Sequence record: SRR16203515_740
Direction: 5' to 3' (one strand)
DNA length: 41,564 nucleotides
Position 1 is the stretch's first letter, and each line of letters starts with the position of its first letter. Made by a program: the position numbers and the translations under genes. The notes under the pieces were generated by a model. The model saw only the letters and a list, made by a program, of their open reading frames with translations. It ran no database searches and was not told where the DNA came from. This document shows positions 18,611 to 28,853 of this stretch, one piece after another.

Positions 18611-19462
18611 CTACCCCAGTTGAAGGGAAAAGATCATATATTGATTGTGCGTGACGAAGGCCTGTGATGTACGCGCTTTTTCGAACAACCGTTGACCAAG
18701 GCGATAGCGCCGTTTTTCGCTCAGGATCATGCGCAGCAGTCGGCCCAAGAACCAGCGCAAGGTTGGCTTGCCAGATTGGAGTTCACCATCAATACGTTTG
18801 ATCGCGTGACCGAACACGTTAAACAACTCCTGTTCAAGATCGATTGAGGGCGCGACAGCCTGTGTTATCTCCTCGCTTGATATGACAGTGATATCGGATG
18901 CGGTCAGATAGCTTTGGAATTCTGTGATGGAATGACCGCCACCCACGCGCCGCGTTTTGTCCGTTTTGTCCGCGGACGTGATGCGGAAACAATCGGCGAT
19001 CAGGATGTTGCCATTTGGCTTTACATATTTTTGGGCCCGCTCAATCGCGGTTTTGTATTGGATATATTGAAAACTCTCGGAAAACAGGCACAGGTCGAAT
19101 GTTTCCGTCGTTTCGAAATCCTCGAATTTGCACAGTTGGACAGTTGCCTGTGGTGCATTCGCACGGCAACGTTCGGCCAAAAATGGGCTGGGCACGACGA
19201 TGTCCACCTGATGCCCCAATGCGATCAGTTTACGCGCGGTTTCACCCGCACCGCCGCCCACATCCAAAATGCGCAATGACCCAGATGGCAGATAAGAAAA
19301 CAGTTTTTCTGTGTAAGCAGACTACGCCTGACCCAAATTTCCTGCGGTGACCTCTAGGTCCGTCCAGATGCCATAATGTAAATTTTCAGCGCCCGTCAGC
19401 CATTTGATAAAGCTAAGCCCAATATCAAGCCCGACCGCCTGTGAATTCATCTTTTTCGACAT
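18611..19462 (-). pseudogene. Class I SAM-dependent methyltransferase interrupted by an in-frame TAG at codon 47
   Basis: Hand translation MSKKMNSQAVGLDIGLSFIKWLTGAENLHYGIW...NLGQA*SAYTEKLFSYLPSGSLRILDVGGGAG continues in frame into the tracked ORF 18611-19276. TAG at 19324-19322. Confidence 0.8.
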
Positions 19463-19598
19463 GCCTGCTCTGCCCCATCTTTCACAGGCCTATGTTTGAT
19501 GGAATATGGCGCATAAAACAAACGGTTTTTGGCGGTTTCATGTGATTAATTGAGCTTCACAAAGCGTAAACTCTTGTTTTACGACAATAGATTTTATG

Positions 19599-20621
19599 TC
19601 AGGCAATGGCCTGCCACATCATCCCCGATATAATTGCCCCTGTAACGGCCAAGCCCAAATAGGCGGCAAAAACACGTGGTTTCACCAAGGCCCATACGGC
19701 AAGCGCGGCTGGAATACTGCTGACCCCGCCTGCGATCATAAAACTTAGGGCTGCGCCTGTGCTCATGCCTTGGGTCATTAATGCGTCGACCAATGGAACG
19801 GCGGCATAGCCATTCAAATAGGCGGGCGCACCGATAAATGATGCTAGGATGATTGTTCCAATGCCTTCTCCGCCCAAGGCCTTCGCCACCCATTCGGCAG
19901 GGATGTAGCGGATCATCAATGCCTCAATCGTGTAGGCCAATAGCAACCATTTCGTCAGGAAAACCGCGTTTTCGACGGCCGTATCACGAAAGGCCAGTTT
20001 GCGTTCACTCTGCTGCCAAAACGCCCAAACAGGTTTCCCCTGAAACGGGGCCTTTACGCCGCAGCATCCACCAACCTTGGGCTTTTCCCGCAGGGGATCA
20101 ACAAAGACAGGATTATTTGACAACGCCATCGTGATAAATCCCCCAAAGAGGCCAAGACCAACCGCCGCAACAGTTTTGGCGATTGCAAAATCAAATCCCA
20201 ATGTTCCACTGGTGATGGCGAACATCGCAGGGTCCATCAACGGGGAGGATAGCCAAAACGCCATTACCGCGCCAAGGGGGGCGCCAACAGCCAAGAGTGC
20301 CGCAATAAACGGGATCACCTCGCATGAACAAAAGGGGGATAATCCACCCAATAGTGCGGCCAATACGATCATGCGGGTTTGCGCACCTTCAAACGCACGT
20401 GCCAATAATGTTTCCGCCCCTGTCGCTTTTAGATAGGCAACCGCAAGCACAGCGAAGATGATAAATGGCGCGGTACTGGTCATTGCATTTGCCATGAACC
20501 CCAAGGTTGCCCCAAATTCAGCAGGCAAAAACAGCGCGACGCAGACATAAATCACAATGATTGCTGCAAATGCGCCGTCGATTTTTGGGAATTGACGTGT
20601 CGATTGGCTTAGGTCAGTCAT
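19599..20621 (-). CDS. Permease, ArsP/DUF318 family
   Basis: Multi-TM protein with SPFCSCEVIP, SSPLMDP, a central GGCCG loop and GAALSFMIAG. Translationally coupled to the ArsR gene. Confidence 0.88.
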   Translation of the reverse strand: MTDLSQSTRQFPKIDGAFAAIIVIYVCVALFLPAEFGATLGFMANAMTSTAPFIIFAVLAVAYLKATGAETLLARAFEGAQTRMIVLAALLGGLSPFCSCEVIPFIAALLAVGAPLGAVMAFWLSSPLMDPAMFAITSGTLGFDFAIAKTVAAVGLGLFGGFITMALSNNPVFVDPLREKPKVGGCCGVKAPFQGKPVWAFWQQSERKLAFRDTAVENAVFLTKWLLLAYTIEALMIRYIPAEWVAKALGGEGIGTIILASFIGAPAYLNGYAAVPLVDALMTQGMSTGAALSFMIAGGVSSIPAALAVWALVKPRVFAAYLGLAVTGAIISGMMWQAIA

Positions 20622-20952
20622 GGCATTCATGCTCGCATGTTGGATCACAATCAGCGCAGCATTCTGTCATCAAAAATTGTGAAAGTGTTTCGATTTGATC
20701 ATAAGCGACCGCTGCACAAATAATGGATCGCCCTTGCTTTGTCTGCGTGACCAGTCCAGCGTGATTCAGGATTTTGACATGATGAGTTAGGGTTGATCCT
20801 GTGACACCACAGCGATCGCCCAAGATGCCAATTGGCAAACCGTTCGGTCCTGCACGTACCAAAGTGCGCAGAACGTGCAAACGCTGTTCAGACCCAAGTG
20901 CTGCAAATGTGGATGCGGCAACCTCAAGCGTGGAGTCGTTAAATATTTTCAT
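20614..20952 (-). CDS. ArsR/SmtB family transcriptional regulator with Cys-rich C-terminus
   Basis: FAALGSEQRLHVLRTLVRAGPNGL, STLTHH, GRSI and tail ECCADCDPTCEHECHD (112 aa from ATG 20952). Confidence 0.9.
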   Translation of the reverse strand: MKIFNDSTLEVAASTFAALGSEQRLHVLRTLVRAGPNGLPIGILGDRCGVTGSTLTHHVKILNHAGLVTQTKQGRSIICAAVAYDQIETLSQFLMTECCADCDPTCEHECHD

Positions 20953-20987
20953 ATTTCTAAAATTATCGAAATAAGGTCGTGCGTCAA
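20952..20987 (-). promoter_or_regulatory. Leaderless promoter and overlapping ArsR operator
   Basis: TTGACG-N16-TAATTT-N7-ATG. Imperfect palindrome TATTTC-N10-GAAATA (20952-20973) covers the -10 and the start. Confidence 0.65.
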
Positions 20988-21029
20988 CAATTGTTTTGCA
21001 TATCCTGCGCAACGACTTATTTTTGAGAT

Positions 21030-21617
21030 ATGTCCAATCCCGTCTTTGATGAATTATCAAACTGCCGCCTGTGCGCTGAACGATTTGCCGCAACGAAAAC
21101 ACAACATGAACCGCGCCCTGTGTTTCGCGGTAAACACGCCGCGCGTATTTTGATCGCAGGGCAGGCACCGGGTGCGCGTGTACATCAAAGTGGGTTGCCG
21201 TTCACGGATCCATCAGGCGATCGTTTACGGGACTGGATGGATGTAACAGAGGCAGAGTTTTACGACCCTGCCCGCATTGCAATTTTACCGATGGCGTTTT
21301 GTTTTCCAGGCTACAACGAAAAAGGTGCTGATATACCGCCTCCGCCCATTTGTGCTCGTACATGGCGCGCACGGGCCATTGCAGGCTTACCAAATATTCG
21401 CCTGACGCTGGTGATCGGGCAATATGCGCAGAAATGGCATTTGCCACAATTTAGCAACGTCACTGATACGGTTCGGGGGTGGAAAGCCCAGGGACCAGAC
21501 GTTTTTCCCTTGCCTCACCCATCGTGGCGCAATACCGCATGGTTAAAGAAAAATCCGTGGTTTGAAATTGATTTGTTGCCCGAACTGCGACGCCGCATCC
21601 AAGAGGAGCTGAGATGA
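21030..21617 (+). CDS. Uracil-DNA glycosylase superfamily protein
   Basis: CRLC, GQAPG, PFTDPSGDRLR, FCFPG, PLPHPSWRN. Confidence 0.9.
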   Translation: MSNPVFDELSNCRLCAERFAATKTQHEPRPVFRGKHAARILIAGQAPGARVHQSGLPFTDPSGDRLRDWMDVTEAEFYDPARIAILPMAFCFPGYNEKGADIPPPPICARTWRARAIAGLPNIRLTLVIGQYAQKWHLPQFSNVTDTVRGWKAQGPDVFPLPHPSWRNTAWLKKNPWFEIDLLPELRRRIQEELR

Positions 21618-22399
21618 GTGAAACAGTGATTGATCGCGCATTTGCCGCAATGCAAGCCGCGCCCGAGGATGAGGCCGCGCATCTGGCGTTTTATGAACGT
21701 GTCGCGGATGCGGAACTGTACCTATTATTGGAAAAAGAGGCGGAAGCAGATGTCATAGAACCCAAGGTGATTGAGGGAGGTGGCGAAAATCTGGTCCTTG
21801 CCTTTGATACGGCGGACCGTCTGGCCAACTTTGCAGGCGATGTTGCACCCTATGTCGCGTTATCGGGTCGGGTGTTGGTATCCATGTTGGTTATGGAAAA
21901 AATGGGGATGGGGCTTAACCTGGGCGTTGTGAGTTCCGAGACGTTGATCCCAAGTGATGCCATTGAGTGGTTAAGCGATGCGCTGGGTGAAACCCCCGAC
22001 GAGTTTGAGGCACGCCCTGCAGAGTTTCTGCCACCTGCGGGCATTCCCGAACAGGTGTTAAAGGCACTGGATACAAAATTGGTTGCGGCCGCGGGTTTAG
22101 TTGAACAGGTCTGGCTGTGTCAGGTTGTCTATGATGACGATAGCCGTGGGCATTTATTAGCGTTTATCAATGCAGAACCAAACGCCGAACGCGCTTTGGC
22201 TAAATCCACGCATGAGGCGATTGCATTTTCGGGTGTTGATGCAGCCAGTTTGGATGTCGCGTTTTTTGATGCGGATGAACCTGCCGCAGCCGCTATTACT
22301 AAGGTTGGATTACGGTTTGAATTGCCAGAAATCGTGCAAGAAAAAATCCCCGGCTATGCACCGGGGATGGATCCGAATTCGCCACCAAAGCTTAAGTAA
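21614..22399 (+). CDS. SseB family protein
   Basis: Acidic two-domain protein with FYERVADAELYLLL, LAFDTADRL and PGMDPNSPPKLK. ATGA overlap with UDG. Confidence 0.75.
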   Translation: MSETVIDRAFAAMQAAPEDEAAHLAFYERVADAELYLLLEKEAEADVIEPKVIEGGGENLVLAFDTADRLANFAGDVAPYVALSGRVLVSMLVMEKMGMGLNLGVVSSETLIPSDAIEWLSDALGETPDEFEARPAEFLPPAGIPEQVLKALDTKLVAAAGLVEQVWLCQVVYDDDSRGHLLAFINAEPNAERALAKSTHEAIAFSGVDAASLDVAFFDADEPAAAAITKVGLRFELPEIVQEKIPGYAPGMDPNSPPKLK

Positions 22400-22400
22400 A

Positions 22401-24848
22401 TTAGACTTTGGTGCGCTCGCCCGTTGGATCATACATCGGTTTTAGCGATGCGGTGGCATTCACTAAGGTACCTGCCACATCGATTTGATAGGATGAGGCC
22501 AGAACATCAGCGGCACTTTCACCTGCGCATGGGACATAGCCCATGCCAACCGCGCCGCCCAAGTGATGACCATAAGATCCCGAGCTGAGGTAGCTAACAA
22601 TTTTCCCATCCCGCAGGATCGGTTCATTGTGATAAAGCAGCGGTTCTGGGTCATTCAACAGGAACTGAACCATGCGGCTTTCTGGTCCGTTCTCTTTGGT
22701 CCGCAAAACCGCATCTCGGCCTATGAACGCCTCTTTCTTGGTTGAAACGGCAAAGCCCAGACCTGCTGCGATCACGTTATCTTCGGTTGTGATGTCATGA
22801 CCAAAGTGGCGGAATGCCTTTTCAATGCGACAGCTGTCCATCATATGCATGCCACAAAGTTTCAGGCCATGATCCTGACCCGCGGTCCATAGGGTTTCAA
22901 AGATATGCCCCGCCTGATCTGCGCCAACATAGATTTCCCAACCCAATTCGCCAACGTAGGACACGCGGTGTACACGTGCCAGTCCCATGCCAAGCTCAAT
23001 TTCTTGGGCTGTGCCAAAAGGGTTTACATCATTTGAAAAATCATTGGGTGACACGGCTTGCATCAGTTTACGCGCATTCGGCCCCATGACGGCCAACACA
23101 CCTTCAGATGCGGTGACATCGGTGATCACAACATTACGATCGCCTGCGTGACGGCGCATCCATGTTTCATCCGCCAAACGTGTGGCCGCGGGTGTCACCA
23201 CCAAATAGGCCGTCTCAGAAAGGCGTGTGACGGTTACATCCGCCTCAATCCCTGCGCGTTTATTCAGGAATTGGGTATACACGATTTTGCCCGCAGGAAC
23301 CGACATATTTGCCCCACAGATGTGGTTCAGGAATGCCTCGGCATCACGGCCCTCAACCCGAATTTTTCCAAATGAGGACATATCGTACATCCCAACATTT
23401 TCGCGAACAGCACGGTGTTCGCGCGCGGAATTTTCAAACCAGTTTTGGCGTTTCCAGGTGTATTGATATTCAACTTCTTGGCCGTCATCCGCGAACCAGT
23501 TCGCGCGTTCCCATCCCGCCAATTCGCCAAAGACCGCGCCGTTTTGGTCCAAATGGTGATGGAATGGTGTTCGGCGAATGCCCCGTGCGGTGGCCTTTTG
23601 ACGATAGGGGAAGTGATCTGCATAAAGCAGGCCCAAGGTTTCCTTGGATCGTTCAAATAGATAGGTTTTGTTCCCTTGGAATGGGTTCATGCGTGAAATA
23701 TCAACATCCCCCAAATCAAACGGCTTTTCACCACTGTCCATCCATTGCGACAGGGCCATACCCGCCCCACCTGCGGATTGGATACCGATTGAGTTAAAGC
23801 CTGCGGCAACCCAAACATTGTCCATTTCTGGTGCAAGACCCAAGTGATAGGCATCATCAGGTGTGAAACTTTCAGGTCCGTTAAAGAAGGTGTGAATGCC
23901 CGCCTCGCCCAACATCGGCATGCGGTTCACGGCCATTTCAAGGATCGGTTCAAAATGGTCGAAATCTTCGGGCAGTTGGTCAAATTCAAAATCTGCGGGG
24001 ATGCCATCCATCGCCCATGGCTTTGAATTTGGTTCAAACGCGCCCAACATCATCTTGCCTGCGTCTTCTTTGTAATAGGCACATTCGTCGGGTACGCGCA
24101 AAACGGGTAGTTGGCTTAGCCCATCAATCGGTTCGGATACGATATAAAAATGTTCGCATGCATGCAGCGGTACATTCACACCTGCCATGCGCCCAACTTC
24201 GTGGCCCCACATACCCGCGCAGTTCACGATCATATCGCATTCGATATATCCCTGATCACCATCTTCGGCAATCCAATCAACGCCGGTGACACGGCGTCCG
24301 TTTTTGTGGATATTCGAAACGCGCACACGCTCTTGGACGATTGCGCCGCGCATCCGCGCGCCTTTGGCCATGGCCAAGGCGATATTTGCAGGATCACCTT
24401 GACCGTCTTTGGGCAAGTAAACACCACCCACTACATTTTCCAGGTTCAGGTGTTCATAGCGCACGCCTACCTCGGCAGGTGCGATTTCTTCAATTTCAAC
24501 GCCAAACGCACGGGCCATCGCGGCACTGCGGCTTAGCTCTTCCATACGTTCATCGGTTAGCGCAACGGTGATTGATCCAACCCGCTTAAACCCAGTCGCA
24601 ACACCCGTTTCTTCTTCCAGCGCGCCATAAAGCTCCTGAGAATATTTGGCGAGCTTGGTCATGTTCGCAGTCGCGCGCAACTGTGCAATCAATCCTGCTG
24701 CATGCCATGTTGTCCCTGACGTCAGCTGTTTGCGTTCCAGAAGAACCACGTCTTTCCATCCCAATTTGGTTAGGTGATAGGCCACCGAACATCCGATGAC
24801 ACCACCGCCAATGATGACGACACGTGCTTTGTTTGGTAGGGTAGGCAT
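22401..24848 (-). CDS. FAD-dependent GcvT-domain oxidoreductase (sarcosine/dimethylglycine dehydrogenase family)
   Basis: IIGGGVIG, GTTWHAAG, NGPESFTPD, GWERANWF, SYVGELGWEI, RIEK. GAGGAG SD before ATG 24848. Confidence 0.93.
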   Translation of the reverse strand: MPTLPNKARVVIIGGGVIGCSVAYHLTKLGWKDVVLLERKQLTSGTTWHAAGLIAQLRATANMTKLAKYSQELYGALEEETGVATGFKRVGSITVALTDERMEELSRSAAMARAFGVEIEEIAPAEVGVRYEHLNLENVVGGVYLPKDGQGDPANIALAMAKGARMRGAIVQERVRVSNIHKNGRRVTGVDWIAEDGDQGYIECDMIVNCAGMWGHEVGRMAGVNVPLHACEHFYIVSEPIDGLSQLPVLRVPDECAYYKEDAGKMMLGAFEPNSKPWAMDGIPADFEFDQLPEDFDHFEPILEMAVNRMPMLGEAGIHTFFNGPESFTPDDAYHLGLAPEMDNVWVAAGFNSIGIQSAGGAGMALSQWMDSGEKPFDLGDVDISRMNPFQGNKTYLFERSKETLGLLYADHFPYRQKATARGIRRTPFHHHLDQNGAVFGELAGWERANWFADDGQEVEYQYTWKRQNWFENSAREHRAVRENVGMYDMSSFGKIRVEGRDAEAFLNHICGANMSVPAGKIVYTQFLNKRAGIEADVTVTRLSETAYLVVTPAATRLADETWMRRHAGDRNVVITDVTASEGVLAVMGPNARKLMQAVSPNDFSNDVNPFGTAQEIELGMGLARVHRVSYVGELGWEIYVGADQAGHIFETLWTAGQDHGLKLCGMHMMDSCRIEKAFRHFGHDITTEDNVIAAGLGFAVSTKKEAFIGRDAVLRTKENGPESRMVQFLLNDPEPLLYHNEPILRDGKIVSYLSSGSYGHHLGGAVGMGYVPCAGESAADVLASSYQIDVAGTLVNATASLKPMYDPTGERTKV

Positions 24849-24858
24849 GTTAAACTCC

Positions 24859-25752
24859 TCACACGATATTATGACCAGCGTCTTTGATCTGCTTGGCCAA
24901 TTCTTGGACGTGTTCAGGACCAACTTCGCAGCATCCACCAACGATGGTTGCGCCTTGGTCGATCCAATGCATTGCAAATTTTGCGTATTCAGTTGGCCCC
25001 AAATCATGACGTTCGCTTAGGGCGTCTACTGTTGGTTTATCGGTCAAAAACCCGTCTGAAATTTTGGTAAACCCGTTGGCATAGGCCCCAAAGGGCAGGC
25101 CAAATGATTTCATATGTTCTAGCGCATCTGTCACCGCCTCTGGGCGCGAACAATTGACCAGCACCGCATCAACACGGTGATTTTTCAAAATGTCCGAAAG
25201 GTCCGAGACATTTTCACCAGAGCGTAGTTTTGATCCGTCAAAATCATCCACAGAAAACGCAATCCAAACAGGTTTGTCGGTTTTATCCGTTGCGCGTAAT
25301 GCGCCCTCTGCCTGTTTCAGGGATGACACCGTTTCAATCAGTAAAAAATCGGTCTGTGCTGCCAAATGCGCAACGATGTCCGCATATTGGTGTTCTGCAT
25401 CCGAGGGTTCGGGGCAGATATCAGGGCGATAGGTTGCGATCAGTGGGCCAATAGACCCCGCAACGCGGCCATGCCCATTGGACTGTGCCGCATCCCGCGC
25501 AGATTTAAGGGCGGCATCCCACAGACGGCGAATATCCAAATCATACCCATTTGTATCCAACCTATCCTGCAATACAGGATAGGTGTTGGTCGTGGCAATC
25601 GTTGCGCCCACGCGGAAATATTCCGCGTGAACCTGATCCACCAATTCTGGATGTTCGATCATAACCATCGTTGACCAAAGCGCGGTTGGCGTATCGCCCG
25701 AACGCTTCATCAATTCTTGGCCAATTGACCCGTCAAGCAGTGTAATGTCCAA
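24859..25752 (-). CDS. Homocysteine S-methyltransferase family protein (BHMT-like)
   Basis: LLDGSIG, AGSIGP, IET, and Zn ligands VNCS and VGGCCE. GGAGG SD before TTG. Confidence 0.9.
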   Translation of the reverse strand: MDITLLDGSIGQELMKRSGDTPTALWSTMVMIEHPELVDQVHAEYFRVGATIATTNTYPVLQDRLDTNGYDLDIRRLWDAALKSARDAAQSNGHGRVAGSIGPLIATYRPDICPEPSDAEHQYADIVAHLAAQTDFLLIETVSSLKQAEGALRATDKTDKPVWIAFSVDDFDGSKLRSGENVSDLSDILKNHRVDAVLVNCSRPEAVTDALEHMKSFGLPFGAYANGFTKISDGFLTDKPTVDALSERHDLGPTEYAKFAMHWIDQGATIVGGCCEVGPEHVQELAKQIKDAGHNIV

Positions 25753-25767
25753 TCTGACCTCCGCAGG

Positions 25768-28218
25768 TTAGGCGCGCAAACGCGTGTTCGTTGGATCCCA
25801 CAATGGTTGATCTTCTTGGACGACGGTCTTGTGGCGTTGTCCATAAATTTCAACCTCGATCTTGGTGCCGGGAACGGCAAGATCGGTGCGCAACATACCC
25901 AACGCGATCGAGGCATTTACACGATACCCCCATGCGCCTGATGTTGTTTCACCAACAACTTCATCCCCCTGCCACAGGGTGGACATGTATGGCGCATCAC
26001 AGGTCCCTGCATCTACCGTTAGGGTGACAAAACGTTTTGCAACGCCTTGCTGTTTTTCTGCCAACATTGCGGCCTTGCCAGGGAAATCGACCTCTTTGTC
26101 CAATTTGACGAACCGGTCCAATCCACCTTCAAGCAGGCTATAGTCAGTGGACAAGTCACCCTTCCACGCGCGGTAGCCTTTTTCGATACGAAGTGAGTTC
26201 AAGGCCCACATTCCAAATGGTTTTGCGCCTGCACCTGTGATGGCATCCCAAATCGCAGGAGCAGCATCATTTGCACAGTGAATTTCCCAGCCCAATTCGC
26301 CCGCGAAGGACACACGCGCCAATGCGCATTTATGGCCTGCAACTGTACCATCCATGCTTATAGACAGCCAAGATGCGGATAGATCATGTCCCTCGGTGAT
26401 CGGTTGAAGGATTCTGCGTGCATTTGGGCCTGTTACCAACAAACACTCCATCTCTTTGGTATTGTCGGTGATTGTGATGCCATCTGGGGCTTGGCGTGTC
26501 AGGATTTCCATATCGTGCCATTGCGCCGTTGCCGCAGTGATCAGGCCAACTTCCTCTTCGGACCAGGCCATCACGGACATCTCTGTCAGGATGCGACCAC
26601 GATTGTCAGGGAAGTATGCCAATGAAATCCGACCTGGTTTTGGCAAACGCGATGCGGTTAGGCCGTCAACAAAATCGCGCGCGCCTTCACCTGTGACGCT
26701 GTAGCGTGAAAAGCCGGTAATCGCCAAAATTCCGCAGTTATCGCGCACCGCTTCGCATTCTTCGCGAATGCGTTGTTCCCATGGTCCCGCGCGATCCCAT
26801 GTTTGTGTGCTTTCTTCGCTGGTGTCATCTCCTGCTTGGGCGAACCAATTTGCCCGTTCCCAACCGTTATAGGCCCCAAATTGTGCGCCTGCGTCCTGCA
26901 GGCGGCTGTGAAGAGGGGAGAATTTTTTGTCGCGCCCCGCGGGCCATTCGTGCCATGGGAAATGCATTGCATATTCGTGACCGTATACTTCCATGCCCTT
27001 TTGGTCACAGTAATCTTGGTCCGTATAATCGGTGTAACGACGTGGATCGACGGACCACATATCCCATTCGGTTTGTCCTTCGACCACCCATTCCGCCAAC
27101 ACCTTGCCCGCGCCGCCAGATTGCGCGATACCAAATGTGAATACACAGGCCTCAAACGCATTTGGCACACCCGGCATTGGCCCGATCAGCGGTAGCCCGT
27201 CGGGTGCATATGGAATTGGACCGTTGATCACACGGTTAACGCCAGAGGTGCCCAGTAGCGGAACACGCGCCATGGCGTCCTCAATATACCACTCAATCCG
27301 TTCAAGATCGTCTGGATAAAGTTGGAAGCTAAAGTCATCGGGCATCGGATCGTTTGGTGTCATCCAGTGGCCCTTACAGTTACGCTCATAGGGGCCAAGG
27401 TTAAAGCCGTGCTTTTCCTGACGCAGGTAATAACTGCTGTCCACGTCACGCAGTAGCGGCAGTTTGTGCCCTGTTTCTTTTGTATAGGCCTCGATTTCGG
27501 GGACCTCTTCTGAGAGCAGATATTGGTGGGACATAACCATCATCGGCACGGTGCGGCCACCATATGGTTTGAACCATTCGCCAACACGTTGTGCGTAATA
27601 CCCCGCGGCGTTCACAACGTATTCGCAGCGAATGTCACCCTTTTCCGTGTGAACGATCCATTCACCGTTTTCACGACTGACACCAGTGGCAGGAGTAAAG
27701 CGCAGGATCTGTGCACCCATATCACGCGCACCTTTGGCAAGCGCTTGGGTTAACTGCGCAGGATCGATGTCCCCGTCATGGGGATCATAAAGTGATCCAG
27801 TAAGATCATGCGTTTCAAGGAACGGATAGCGTTCCTGTGTTTCCGCAGGGCTAAGGATTTCGATTGGCATGCCCTGATAACGGCCCATGCCCGCCGCGCG
27901 CTCAAATTCCTGCATCCGCTCTTTTGAGTGTGCCAGACGAATTGAACCTGTGACGTGATAGTTCATGGGATAATCAACCGCTTCGCCCAATCCGCGATAC
28001 AGTTCGGTTGAATAGCGCTGCAAGTTCATAATTGACCAACTGGTCGAAAATGTTGGCACGTTGCCCGCTGCGTGCCATGTCGATCCCGCAGTCAGTTCAT
28101 TTTTTTCAATAAGGACACAGTCGCTCCAGCCCATTTTGGCCAAATGATACAGACAGGATGCGCCAACAGCACCCCCTCCAATGATGACGACGCGTGCAGT
28201 GGTTGGAAATTCTGACAT
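25768..28218 (-). CDS. FAD-dependent GcvT-domain oxidoreductase (dimethylglycine dehydrogenase family)
   Basis: IIGGGAVG, GSTWHAAG, NGPIPYAPDG, GWERANWF, SFAGELGWEIH, LRIEKGY. AGGAG SD (alternative start 28224). Confidence 0.93.
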   Translation of the reverse strand: MSEFPTTARVVIIGGGAVGASCLYHLAKMGWSDCVLIEKNELTAGSTWHAAGNVPTFSTSWSIMNLQRYSTELYRGLGEAVDYPMNYHVTGSIRLAHSKERMQEFERAAGMGRYQGMPIEILSPAETQERYPFLETHDLTGSLYDPHDGDIDPAQLTQALAKGARDMGAQILRFTPATGVSRENGEWIVHTEKGDIRCEYVVNAAGYYAQRVGEWFKPYGGRTVPMMVMSHQYLLSEEVPEIEAYTKETGHKLPLLRDVDSSYYLRQEKHGFNLGPYERNCKGHWMTPNDPMPDDFSFQLYPDDLERIEWYIEDAMARVPLLGTSGVNRVINGPIPYAPDGLPLIGPMPGVPNAFEACVFTFGIAQSGGAGKVLAEWVVEGQTEWDMWSVDPRRYTDYTDQDYCDQKGMEVYGHEYAMHFPWHEWPAGRDKKFSPLHSRLQDAGAQFGAYNGWERANWFAQAGDDTSEESTQTWDRAGPWEQRIREECEAVRDNCGILAITGFSRYSVTGEGARDFVDGLTASRLPKPGRISLAYFPDNRGRILTEMSVMAWSEEEVGLITAATAQWHDMEILTRQAPDGITITDNTKEMECLLVTGPNARRILQPITEGHDLSASWLSISMDGTVAGHKCALARVSFAGELGWEIHCANDAAPAIWDAITGAGAKPFGMWALNSLRIEKGYRAWKGDLSTDYSLLEGGLDRFVKLDKEVDFPGKAAMLAEKQQGVAKRFVTLTVDAGTCDAPYMSTLWQGDEVVGETTSGAWGYRVNASIALGMLRTDLAVPGTKIEVEIYGQRHKTVVQEDQPLWDPTNTRLRA

Positions 28219-28244
28219 TTTCATACACTCCTGTTTTTCGTGTT

Positions 28245-28853
28245 TTACCTAGCAGCCAGTCCAAGCAATATTCCGTATGCGACAAAACATGCGGCCAATA
28301 TACGTTGGATCCAGAAATTAGAGATGTGATCAAGTGCGCGGCGCCCAAGGTGTGCCCCAAGTGCGCAATAGCCTGTGTAGCTCAGCGTGGTTAGGATCAG
28401 TGCAGTAGGTACAATCACCCACATCTGTGTGCCAATTGGGACGTCGGTTTCCACAAATTGGGAAAAGGCGGCGATGTATCCAGCAAGAGATTTTGGGTTT
28501 ATCGCCGCAATAAGAAACGCTTTCACATACAGCGTTTTGTGTGAAACCATGCTGTTTTTTCGTGGGCGCCCCGCCTGCATCCAGTTTCGAATACCAAGCC
28601 AAATCAAAAATACAACGCCGCTCCAACGTAGGATTTCAAACAGCAATGGGGATGTTAAGATCAACGCAGATACCCCAACGGCAGAAAGCCCAAGGAATAA
28701 ACACGCCTGTGTTAGGATTCCAAGGACACAGATCAGGCTTTTGCGAAATCCAATATCAATGGCGGTTTGGATACAGTTCACGGCATTTGGCCCGGGGGTT
28801 GTCACAAATAGCACCCAGAACGTTGCGAATATGAACCATCCCTCAATGCTCAT
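28245..28853 (-). CDS. LysE/RhtB family translocator
   Basis: TTPGPN, WSGVVFLIWLG, INPKS and several hydrophobic segments. Confidence 0.9.
   Translation of the reverse strand: MSIEGWFIFATFWVLFVTTPGPNAVNCIQTAIDIGFRKSLICVLGILTQACLFLGLSAVGVSALILTSPLLFEILRWSGVVFLIWLGIRNWMQAGRPRKNSMVSHKTLYVKAFLIAAINPKSLAGYIAAFSQFVETDVPIGTQMWVIVPTALILTTLSYTGYCALGAHLGRRALDHISNFWIQRILAACFVAYGILLGLAAR

Noticed and set aside
18611..19462. Arsenite methyltransferase (arsM) as a third ars gene, or pyrrolysine recoding of the TAG
   Set aside because: The protein lacks the ArsM cysteine pattern and is separated from the permease by a 136-bp gap. No pyl genes are in the window, and a CAG-to-TAG change is simpler.
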